A DNA stretch of 63,929 bases, filler included, from Welwitschia mirabilis (taxonomy: Eukaryota): assembly GCA_051453625.1 (NCBI GenBank). It is 8 parts of one record of this genome, joined end to end, with 100 filler letters (N's around TTAATTAATTAA, not from the genome) between each part and the next. Parts side by side here need not be neighbours in the genome. Positions count along the whole stretch, not along the records: positions 49,288 to 58,582 come from JBOZIK010000001.1; positions 58,683 to 61,730 come from JBOZIK010000001.1; positions 61,831 to 63,929 come from JBOZIK010000001.1; 5 more parts are not named here. One strand, 5' to 3'. Under the pieces are notes generated by a model, which had not been told where the DNA came from, searched no databases, and saw nothing but the letters and a program-made list of their open reading frames with translations. Shown piece after piece: positions 53,892 through 63,929 of the stretch. Both the position numbers and the translations under genes were made by a program. Position 1 is the stretch's first letter. Each line of letters starts with the position of its first letter.

Positions 53892-55110
53892 AAGGAGATG
53901 AAGAAAAGATTAAGTTATTTATGGCAAAATGTGAGATCATGAAGGGGATAGAAATTCTTTGGTTCTTTAATAGTGGATGTTCTAATCACATGACAGGCAT
54001 ACACTCATTGTTCAGAGAAATTGATGAAACTTATAAGATGAAAGTCAGGCTAGGTGATGACAAGAAAATGTAAGTTGAGGGCAGAGGGACAGTGGCAATA
54101 GGTAATGTGAATAGAGGTACAAATTTGATCTTGAATGTTTTCTTTGTCCCAAATCTTACACAGAACCTACTAAGTATGGAGCAATTATTAAATAATGGCT
54201 TCTCAATATTGTTTTAGAAGAATTCTTATGTAATTAAAGATAGGAAAGCATAGGAAGTAGTGGTGCAGGCTAGCATGACAACAAATAAGCTCTTTCCCAT
54301 CAATTTGGCTATTGCCTAATACCAGGCAATGGCTATACATGGGAAGGAGGAGTCAAAGCTATGGCAGTTACGTTATGGACATCTAAATGAAAGGAGTTTG
54401 AAGCTACTACAACAAAACAAGATGGTTCGGGGACTTCCTAGTACTGAATCATTGGAGATATGTGAAGCATGTGTCTATGGCAAGCAAAGAAGGAGGCAAC
54501 TTCCTGAAGGATCAGCTTGAAGAGTAAAAAAAAAATGTAGACTTGATACATGCTGATATATATGGCCCCATGAAAACTGTTTCTCTTGGTGGAAGCAGGT
54601 ACTTTATGTTATTAAGTGATGATTGTAGCCAAATGAGTTGGGTCTATTTTCTACAAGTGAAATCTAAAACTCTTGAGATCTTTAAGAAGTTTTAGGTCCT
54701 TGTAGAGAAGCAAAGTGGGAGATAAATTAAAGCCTTAAGGAATGATAGAGGTGGAGAATTCACATCTTATGAGTTGAATTTATTTTGTGATGAGAATGGA
54801 ATACGTAGGGAATTAATAGCTCCATACACACTAGAGCAAAATGGAGTTGCAGAATGAAATAATTGAACAGTGGTTGAAATGGCTAGAAGCATGTTGTAAG
54901 AAAGAAGTTTCCAACTCAATTTTGGGAAGAAGCAGTTGCAACTGCAGTTTATTTGTTGAACTTATCCCCAACAAGAGCGATAGCATATCACATTCCATAT
55001 GAAGTATAGACGGGTAAAAGGCCTTGGGTAAGCCATTTAAGATTTTTTTGGCTATATTGCATATGCACTTATATTCAATGAGGAAGGCAGATAAAGATGG
55101 TACGAAAGCA
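53892..55110 (+). mobile_element. Ty1/copia element G fragment: protease, GAG-pre-integrase and integrase core
   Basis: WFFNSGCSNHMTG, VRLGDDKKM, LWQLRYGHLN, CEACVYGKQ, LIHADIYGPM, NDRGGEF and APYTLEQNGVAE. Stops and frameshifts. Confidence 0.92.
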
Positions 55111-57674
55111 ATGCAGGTGCTTACACTATTGTGAATGACACATTTGTCATTACATGGGTCAAAGAATGATGAAATGATACAAGCATCAATTAAAAAAAAA
55201 AGATTATAAAATAAAATAAAATAAAAGTTTATTTATATACATCCACATTAACAAAAAACATTTATTCTGGTCCACTCGAGGAGCAATGACAAAAAGTGGA
55301 ATGCCTACAAACAGACGAGTATCATTCCTTTCAGATACTTTATTTAGCAGGAACTAGATCCCTAAGCTGCACACAGATAGTTCTTACTCCTTTCAACTGG
55401 GTTTGTCCTTCTGAGTCTGTAACAGTATATCTTAATATTCAAGTCACATTATACAAGAGATTCACAAACTAACCAGTGGACGTTATAAATCATGAGTTGC
55501 TTTAACNNNNNNNNNNNNNNNNNNNNNNNNNNNNNNNNNNNNNNNNNNNNNNNNNNNNNNNNNNNNNNNNNNNNNNNNNNNNNNNNNNNNNNNNNNNNNN
55601 NNNNNNNNNNNNNNNNNNNNNNNNNNNNNNNNNNNNNNNNNNNNNNNNNNNNNNNNNNNNNNNNNNNNNNNNNNNNNNNNNNNNNNNNNNNNNNNNNNNN
55701 NNNNNNNNNNNNNNNNNNNNNNNNNNNNNNNNNNNNNNNNNNNNNNNNNNNNNNNNNNNNNNNNNNNNNNNNNNNNNNNNNNNNNNNNNNNNNNNNNNNN
55801 NNNNNNNNNNNNNNNNNNNNNNNNNNNNNNNNNNNNNNNNNNNNNNNNNNNNNNNNNNNNNNNNNNNNNNNNNNNNNNNNNNNNNNNNNNNNNNNNNNNN
55901 NNNNNNNNNNNNNNNNNNNNNNNNNNNNNNNNNNNNNNNNNNNNNNNNNNNNNNNNNNNNNNNNNNNNNNNNNNNNNNNNNNNNNNNNNNNNNNNNNNNN
56001 NNNNNNNNNNNNNNNNNNNNNNNNNNNNNNNNNNNNNNNNNNNNNNNNNNNNNNNNNNNNNNNNNNNNNNNNNNNNNNNNNNNNNNNNNNNNNNNNNNNN
56101 NNNNNNNNNNNNNNNNNNNNNNNNNNNNNNNNNNNNNNNNNNNNNNNNNNNNNNNNNNNNNNNNNNNNNNNNNNNNNNNNNNNNNNNNNNNNNNNNNNNN
56201 NNNNNNNNNNNNNNNNNNNNNNNNNNNNNNNNNAATAGAATGGGAGAGCGGCGAATCATAAAAAGAAGCGCACTAGAACAGAAAAAAAGGGGCAAGGGAA
56301 GCACGCAGAGACGGGGACAGAAAGGACCCAAGGAGGCAAAACAAAAAAAATGCACAGAGGAGGGGGATTACAAGGAAGCAGTGAATCAGATGAACAAATT
56401 TAAAAGATAGAGGTAACACATATTAGAGACTCTAGATACAGGAGGAGAAGCAAGCCGGTCAATATCAAAAAACACTAAAAGAAAGAGACACAGAATGCTA
56501 ACAGGAGGGGAGGCAGCAGAAAACGCATCGCCAGGAAGCGCATCATAGGAACACCGACGCGCGACACAAGAAGATAAGCAACACAAAGGCATCTGCAGAC
56601 CCAATCAGACGCATGAAGAAAACATGAGAACACGAAAACGCCAAAAAGAACAACAGTGACGATATCAAGGGAAGACGTCTGCACAAAAACTCAAAAGAAG
56701 ATAAGAAAGAACACAAGGAGGAGCAGGGACCCAATCAAAAAGAGGTGCAGAATGCATTCAAACAACATCAAAAACGCCAAAAGCCGATAGAGAATGGAAA
56801 GCAACACATCAAAACAGAGGAGACAAAGAAACGTTGGCATCACCAAAGACGAGCCAGGTCACCTTTTAGTTTTCCAAAAAAAAATATACCTTTGTATTGC
56901 ATCACAACCTCAAGAGAAAAAATTTAATATCTCTTATCCCTATTAAGCTTTTTTTTATTAGATTAAAACTTCAAAACTTTTTTTCATTATTTTATTATTT
57001 ATCATCAAAAAAAAGGAAAATCATAAAATTGTAATGAGATCATAGTTTGATTTATAAATTTGTAGGTAAAGCTAGACTTGTTTTTATTTAAGTATTTTCA
57101 TAAATTACCAGCTTTTTTTTATTAAATTCATAGTCTCAATTGTGCTATTTTCATAAAATTATTTTAGCTTAAAATTTTGATACCAAATCAATAGTTCTTA
57201 GGTTAGAACATTTTTTTTAATTCCCAATAGCATATCATAGATATATTTTAACGTTGCAAAAAAAAAAAAAAAGAAAATTTAGCAACACACCCTTCTTCTT
57301 CATTGCATTTGGATTGTTGTTCCTTTGTGATGATCATGTTGATGCGTGTTTTGCTTTTGTCTTTTGTCCCCTCTTCTCTCTTGGGTACCTTTGTTTTCTT
57401 ATGCATTGTTTTCTTATGTAATGTTTTCTGGGCTTAGTTTTAGGTATCGTCATTCATCGATAGCTGTCCTCCACCACTACGATGCTGTACTCTACAATAC
57501 CTAGAGACATGCATCGCCATCATAGTTTCCCCCTTTTAGTGTGAGGTAAAAGATAATCCTTATGTTGAAAATGATCATGCACTTATTTGGAGTTTTTGCT
57601 TTTTCTCTCTCTTCCTTTTCCTTCTCTCTTTCTCTCTTTCTCTCTCTCTTCCTTTTCCTTTTCCTTTTCCTTTT

Positions 57675-57812
57675 GACCCATGTAAATAGCAAAGTGATCA
57701 TAAGCAGGAATGTTATATTCAATGGCAGATAAAGATGGCACGAAAGCAAAGGAAGTGGAATCCAGCTTGACATAGAAGAAGGAACTGAGGATAAAATCCC
57801 CATGACTGGTTC
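57675..57812 (+). mobile_element. Copia integrase C-terminal fragment related to element G
   Basis: Translates KVIISRNVIFNG. tattcaatg..gcagataaagatgg(c/t)acgaaagcaa is shared with 55072-55111. Confidence 0.7.
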
Positions 57813-58402
57813 AGAAGAAACAATATCTGAACGAGTTAGGGAAGTGCTCGAGATGGAAAAGGCACTGGATTTTATAGAGAATCCGCTGTATAGGGAAACT
57901 CTAGCACACTTGCTCCAGTCCAAGACAAATTTTTTGCAGAGTGTTCGCACAGAATCGGAGCTGTCGGTTGTGCAAGTCGATGGGCTGGGCGAGGCAGATG
58001 TTTCATTTGCGCGGTCTTTGCCTGCACATCGGCTGGATTCTGCGTATGATATGCTGGTGTGTGTTACTGCGTATTGGCAGGTCGTTACACTCCGTTTCGG
58101 CGATAATTTGCCAATGATTTTGCAATTCTCTGTAAGGAATTTAGCTAATTCCGAGTTTCATCATCAGTTGGTCGAGAAGATTCCTGATTTGTTGGAGCTG
58201 CCGAAGATGATGGCCTAAAGCTCTGCTGTTTCTCATAAGCGGAGCCACTTACTCGCGGTACTCGGACGTTGCAGGAAGCAAAGACGACTGTGTCTTACAT
58301 TTCCGTCAACTGCGATGTNNNNNNNNNNNNNNNNNNNNNNNNNNNNNNNNNACTTCAGCTTGCGTTTGACGTGGATTTCGCGAGACTTTTTTGAGTGTTT
58401 CC
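57813..58402 (+). pseudogene. DRP4-like copy 3: 5'-truncated C-terminal fragment
   Basis: Close match to about 38203-38789 ([32 protein letters not shown]). GAA>TAA stop at 58216, a 6-nt indel and a downstream 1-nt deletion. Confidence 0.93.
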
Positions 58403-58582
58403 TTTGCAAGATAATAATATAACTATCATAGAATTCATCAATTTTGTTCATATGAATCCTATTTAACAAATCTTGTTTCATCCCTCAAATATTTTAAAAC
58501 CCTTAAATATTGATATTTTTTAAAAAATATAGCTTTAATATTATTCTTACTTTAATATTCTCTTTTGAATTCTATGATACTA
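58403..58582 (-). mobile_element. Gypsy gag fragment related to element C
   Basis: 58505-58582 aligns with about 8845-8927 (ttttttaaaaata.agctttaatattatt..ttttgaa..cta.gatacta). Confidence 0.55.
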
Positions 58583-58682
58583 NNNNNNNNNNNNNNNNNN
58601 NNNNNNNNNNNNNNNNNNNNNNNNNNTTAATTAATTAANNNNNNNNNNNNNNNNNNNNNNNNNNNNNNNNNNNNNNNNNNNN

Positions 58683-61655
58683 GTTTTCTACTTCATCCTG
58701 ATTTTTCATGATTCTTTCTTATTCCTTATTTTTACAAATTTTCTGACAAATTTTGATACCTTTACCATAATATTTGAGCCTAACTTTCTTAGTTGACATG
58801 CAAAATTTTCAGAAAATTTTCAAAATCCCATCATCCACTTACTCATCCATATGATATAGGTAGATGACAGTTTGATGTTTTCCGAGAGTCATCCTAGGGC
58901 TGTTGTTTGGATAATGTGACTAGACAATAGTGTAATAAAACCATATTGTAAACCTTTTTTTATAATTTTCTCTTTACTTCTTTATAATTTTTACCAATTC
59001 CTTTGAGAGATGATAGTCCCCTAGTACCTGCCAATGTACTGGATCTTATTACAATGAGATTTTCTCCCATCTTTACCATATTTTTGCAAATTCTTGAAAA
59101 TGAGGTTTNNNNNNNNNNNNNNNNNNNNNNNNNNNNNNNNNNNNNNNNNNNNNNNNNNNNNNNNNNNNNNNNNNNNNNNNNNNNNNNNNNNNNNNNNNNN
59201 NNNNNNNNNNNNNNNNNNNNNNNNNNNNNNNNNNNNNNNNNNNNNNNNNNNNNNNNNNNNNNNNNNNNNNNNNNNNNNNNNNNNNNNNNNNNNNNNNNNN
59301 NNNNNNNNNNNNNNNNNNNNNNNNNNNNNNNNNNNNNNNNNNNNNNNNNNNNNNNNNNNNNNNNNNNNNNNNNNNNNNNNNNNNNNNNNNNNNNNNNNNN
59401 NNNNNNNNNNNNNNNNNNNNNNNNNNNNNNNNNNNNNNNNNNNNNNNNNNNNNNNNNNNNNNNNNNNNNNNNNNNNNNNNNNNNNNNNNNNNNNNNNNNN
59501 NNNNNNNNNNNNNNNNNNNNNNNNNNNNNNNNNNNNNNNNNNNNNNNNNNNNNNNNNNNNNNNNNNNNNNNNNNNNNNNNNNNNNNNNNNNNNNNNNNNN
59601 NNNNNNNNNNNNNNNNNNNNNNNNNNNNNNNNNNNNNNNNNNNNNNNNNNNNNNNNNNNNNNNNNNNNNNNNNNNNNNNNNNNNNNNNNNNNNNNNNNNN
59701 NNNNNNNNNNNNNNNNNNNNNNNNNNNNNNNNNNNNNNNNNNNNNNNNNNNNNNNNNNNNNNNNNNNNNNNNNNNNNNNNNNNNNNNNNNNNNNNNNNNN
59801 NNNNNNNNNNNNNNNNNNNNNNNNNNNNNNNNNNNNNNNNNNNNNNNNNNNNNNNNNNNTTAATTTCTTGTAAACCATAGATCAAAACTTAATGATTTTT
59901 TCAACATGTTATATGATTCTATTTATTAGATTTTTCATTTGAGCCCTTTAAATTTTCACCATATGTGGGGCCCACTTAAAAAACCATTTTTCCATTTTTT
60001 TCACATTTTGAATTTTCTACTCATGGCAAGGTAATATAGGATGTATTGACACATTTAGGGAGGGGCAAGATGTATTTTCATAAATTTTAACATATTTTAT
60101 TGATTTTAGGGGTCACTTAGATCTCGTATAACGTTTTGAGTACTTTTAACTGAGTAGGCCCCATATGTATAGAGTTAGATAGGTTAAGGCTAAGGTTGAA
60201 GCTGTAGAGTAGGAAGTAGGTCCATTAGTACCACCTGAGGTAGAACATGTAGAGCCTATGCATTCCCTACCTTGACATGGACATTCACTTATGATTCAAA
60301 CTGTTACCATTTGTGTTAAGAAACACTTCAGAGACTTCATGAGTAGATTAAAGCTAGAGATTGATTAGAGGCTCTCTGGTTTATAGCTCCATTATTTTTT
60401 GAATGTACATGGGACATACTATGTGATAGAGACTAGGGAGTTTTACAACATAATGCATATATAGTGATGACCTGATTCTTGTGGTCATCACATGGATATA
60501 ATTATAGCATCGATACAGGACCACGAGATCATAGTTCTTCTAAACCACATTTCAAGATTATAGATCTAGATGGTATTGAGAGCTTACATATCCATTTTAT
60601 TAATNNNNNNNNNNNNNNNNNNNNNNNNNNNNNNNNNNNNNNNNNNNNNNNNNNNNNNNNNNNNNNNNNNNNNNNNNNNNNNNNNNNNNNNNNNNNNNNN
60701 NNNNNNNNNNNNNNNNNNNAGGGTTGAATTAAAATGTCAATTCATCATTTCATAATAGTCATGTCATGGTTTCACACCTTTAGATATTAGTAGCATTCAG
60801 GTAGGATGAGAAAATGGACTTGCTAAGTTTTATTTGAAGGATAATAAAGCCTATGGTCAAGGCACGGTAGCTACAGACTCTAAGATATCCATGCCTCCTC
60901 TCAGCCATGTTTCTACAGTTTGGGATACCAAAGATCTTAGGCGAGTAGCACCTTATACACATTTAAACTTTTGTTCACTATCTTTAGGACATGAATATAT
61001 AGATACCAGGAGAGGCAGACAAACCTTAGGTTTAAAGACCTCTAATCAAATCATCATTAGAGTAGATTTATGTCCTCTTGGTAGAGATCACTAACACCAT
61101 CAAGGGTTTCATTAATAGATGTATCCGAACACTTGATCAGAGGATCCAAATGGTTGAGAGAAGTGTTTAAAACTCTGAGGAGTAGATAGTTAATGTACAT
61201 TAATGTGTCATATCCATAAAGCAAAGTGTGATAGTGGAATTTCTAGAGGAAGTTTATGTATAGGGAGATAAGATAGTTCACTTTATTTCTACATCATTAG
61301 ATCTTTTCCTATAGACCTTGAGCACCCTTCATATTCTCCTCCTACACCTAAGCTTGATGCCCATACTGAGTTTATTATGAGGTGTTAAGGGGAGTAATTT
61401 TTATCATATTTTATATCTGCCTCTCTAGATATTTTGTACTTAAAACTTATGATTATATATATACACATCATTATTTTAAGTTTTATCATGATGTGCTTTT
61501 TTTTTTCATGCTTATCTTTATTTTTACATTTCATGATGAGCATTAATTGTATTTACAATTATCATTTTATTTATTTATTCTACATTTTAATGAAAGGAGT
61601 TTAATTATTAATGTATTTATTAATTATCTATTTGAAAATTTTTGTTATAGCTATA
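58683..61655 (+). mobile_element. Athila-like 3' internal region with extra-ORF remnant (60165-61390), opposite orientation to B
   Basis: 58880-58950 is a reverse-complement homolog of about 14300-14370; 60165 onward matches 13586 leftward. Confidence 0.75.
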
Positions 61656-61730
61656 TGTTGCGATGCCAATTTGTAGGAATTTGATGGTGTATTTGGAGTA
61701 CTTTTGCAAGACATTTATACAGGTTTAGAT
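61656..61730 (+). repeat. Start of an LTR of the 52637-53891 subfamily, cut by a linker
   Basis: TGTTGCGATGCCAATTT.. is a reverse-complement homolog of about 53817-53891. Confidence 0.8.
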
Positions 61731-61877
61731 NNNNNNNNNNNNNNNNNNNNNNNNNNNNNNNNNNNNNNNNNNNNTTAATTAATTAANNNNNNNNNNNNNN
61801 NNNNNNNNNNNNNNNNNNNNNNNNNNNNNNTAGCTACCTATTTATGTTAGGGATTAACAAGAATAAGTAGGAAACTA

Positions 61878-63123
61878 TGTTGTACTACAAACTTGCATGT
61901 ATTTGATAAGGTATTTTAAGTAGTTTTATAGGATATTAGATAGGTTTATGGTAGATTTCTATAATAATCAAGAGCTAAAATAAAAAATACAAAAACATGC
62001 AATCTTCATAGTACTTTATAGCATTTAAAGTAGTTTATAATATTTTATATTTTAAAATAAACTTTTTGCAAACATTAAGGCTAAGCATTACATGGATACT
62101 TATAAAAAGCCTATCATCCCCCTCATTGTCAGGATGATTATATGAAGATAGAATATTTAAGTTAATAAGGATGTTAATTGGAATTAATGTGGTAGATGAT
62201 ATGGAATTCTTATGAGATAATATCATCTTCTATATCATCTAGATGACCAGTAGGACGACATCTAAAATAACACTTTACTGAATGTTACCTAACTTTGGCC
62301 ATTTATCTTTACATTTCTTATGCAATTATTATGGTTATGCCCACACCTATTTGTATTGTTTATTTATGAGTCTATTTTTATCAATAAGCATTTACTCCAC
62401 CCTCAACCCTTACTTGGCTTCACTTACACTAGAACTTCTTATGATAAGAGATCAAAGGAATAGAGATCCATTCATTGTAGTTAGAGAGAAATGTCTTCCT
62501 TAATGTTAAGTTATACTTACTTTATTGAGATATGGCTACTTTGTAATATGGATGCTTGCTTAAAATTAATTGTAAAAACTATTTTCTATTTTCTTATGCT
62601 TATTGTATGAATATTCCTTATAGTTTATATTGCTTCTAATTTTATAACAGCTTTCTTAATGATATATATTATGAGGATAATCTTTGTTAAGGTTGAGAAT
62701 TATTAGTTTAGATACATTTTATTTTTCTTTCTAGATTAACTTTATATAGTTTTATATTTTGTTCAGTGTACTTGATCGCTTAGATTAGTCTTGACTTAGT
62801 AATGGAATTTATTGATTAATCTAAGTTATATAGGATGACAGGATAATCTAGCAATAAGATAAAAGTTGCACTTAGCTTAGAGTTTCATAAGTGTATTTGT
62901 ATTATCATTTTTTGCATTGTTATTTATATTTACTATTAAAGTATATAAATGTTTCATTTTAAAATTAGTTTTCTTTCTTCTAGTCTATGCCTTCAATGAG
63001 AATACAACATTCATGTCCACTCCCAACTACATTAGTGTGTTTTGTTGTGCAAAATATATATTTATTTTTGAATAATAGGATCTTTTTAAAAACATAATAT
63101 TTGCATAAATATGAACTGCAACA
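61878..63123 (+). repeat. 3' LTR of an element-A-family copy, preceded by an eroded PPT
   Basis: TGTTGTACTAC..AACTGCAACA, reverse-complement homolog of 1937-3181. The upstream aagtaggaaacta resembles the PPT of B (aagtggggggcta). Confidence 0.85.
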
Positions 63124-63929
63124 GTTAATATTTCTACTAATAGTTCTTTTTCTTTATTTTATTACAGATACTAATATGGTGTTGGTGGAGTGACAGAGTC
63201 ATTTTCTTGCCATAGTGGAGGTTATGGGTTTTTATTTTAGGTGGTGTAACAAAAGTATTTTTTTTTAAAAAAACTTTATGTTAATTATTTCTGTTTCTGT
63301 GCACATGTGATTTTATGCAAGCCATTATGTTTTTGACACACATATGTTTAGTTAAGCTATTGCTCAGTCATTATCCTTCTTTTATATACACAGGACATTT
63401 TTTAATTTTTTAAAAATAGTTTTGCTTGTTTTTTCAAGTTTTTTTTCAAGGTTTTTAAGTTTTTTTAGGAATTTATTTCTTTTGTAATCCTAAAGCTCAC
63501 TCTCTCAAACCTTTTTTAATGTTTTTTAGGGTTTTTGGATACCTTTTTCATCATTGTGGACTCCTAAACTTTATTTTTCTCTCTTTTTCTCATCAAGTCA
63601 AGATTGGAATGTGAAGTAAGATTTACTTAACTTGATTTATTTTACCTAAAAAAACTTAGCTTTATAATTTGGATATACTAAGATAAGTTGGGATGTCCAA
63701 CAAGATCCACTTAGCTTAACCATATCAACTAAGACCCCTTTTTTTTTGTGTTTTGATGTGTATGTTTTTTTCCCTTTTTTTTTTACACCTAACTTTTACT
63801 TTTTGTGATTATGATTTTAAAAATTAGAAATTATATTTATCTTAAATATATCACATTATTTATTGATAATAAATCTTTGTTAGTTATGGGCTAAGGAAGC
63901 CTTACATAGATAGAGATTCATGTTAGGAT

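Noticed and set aside
510..59885. Long ORFs made mostly of X, and CVCV/HTHT/SLSL/RERE ORFs
   Set aside because: Artefacts of N gaps and dinucleotide microsatellites.
15550..61786. Seven identical TTAATTAATTAA palindromes spaced through the window
   Set aside because: Each is centred in a 100-nt N run, so it is a synthetic six-frame-stop linker rather than a biological repeat or CRISPR.
1937..63123. Large inverted repeat formed by 1937-3181 and 61878-63123 bracketing the window
   Set aside because: These are LTRs of two independent, oppositely oriented copies (one next to a PBS, one next to a PPT), not terminal repeats of one giant element.

Overview
This is an AT-rich, gap-ridden plant genomic window, in eight segments joined by artificial N44-TTAATTAATTAA-N44 linkers. 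Most of the readable sequence is old, nested, heavily deaminated LTR retrotransposon debris: several Athila-like Ty3/gypsy copies (tRNA-Asp PBS), a SIRE-like Ty1/copia element (9283-32205, TTCTT target-site duplication) and three other copia elements. The only host gene family is a same-strand cluster of three Mx-like dynamin-related (DRP4-type) sequences in progressive states of decay. Copy 1 (36871-38780) is GC-rich and near full length but has a frameshift and a broken G3 motif. Copy 2 (44730-45712) is copia-interrupted and eroded. Copy 3 (57813-58402) is a close 3' fragment fused in frame to copia integrase-tail sequence. I found no rRNA, tRNA or CRISPR, and I cannot support a wholly new biological system; the DRP4 cluster and its retroelement fusions are the best leads. 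All alignments were done by eye, so boundaries and similarities are approximate.
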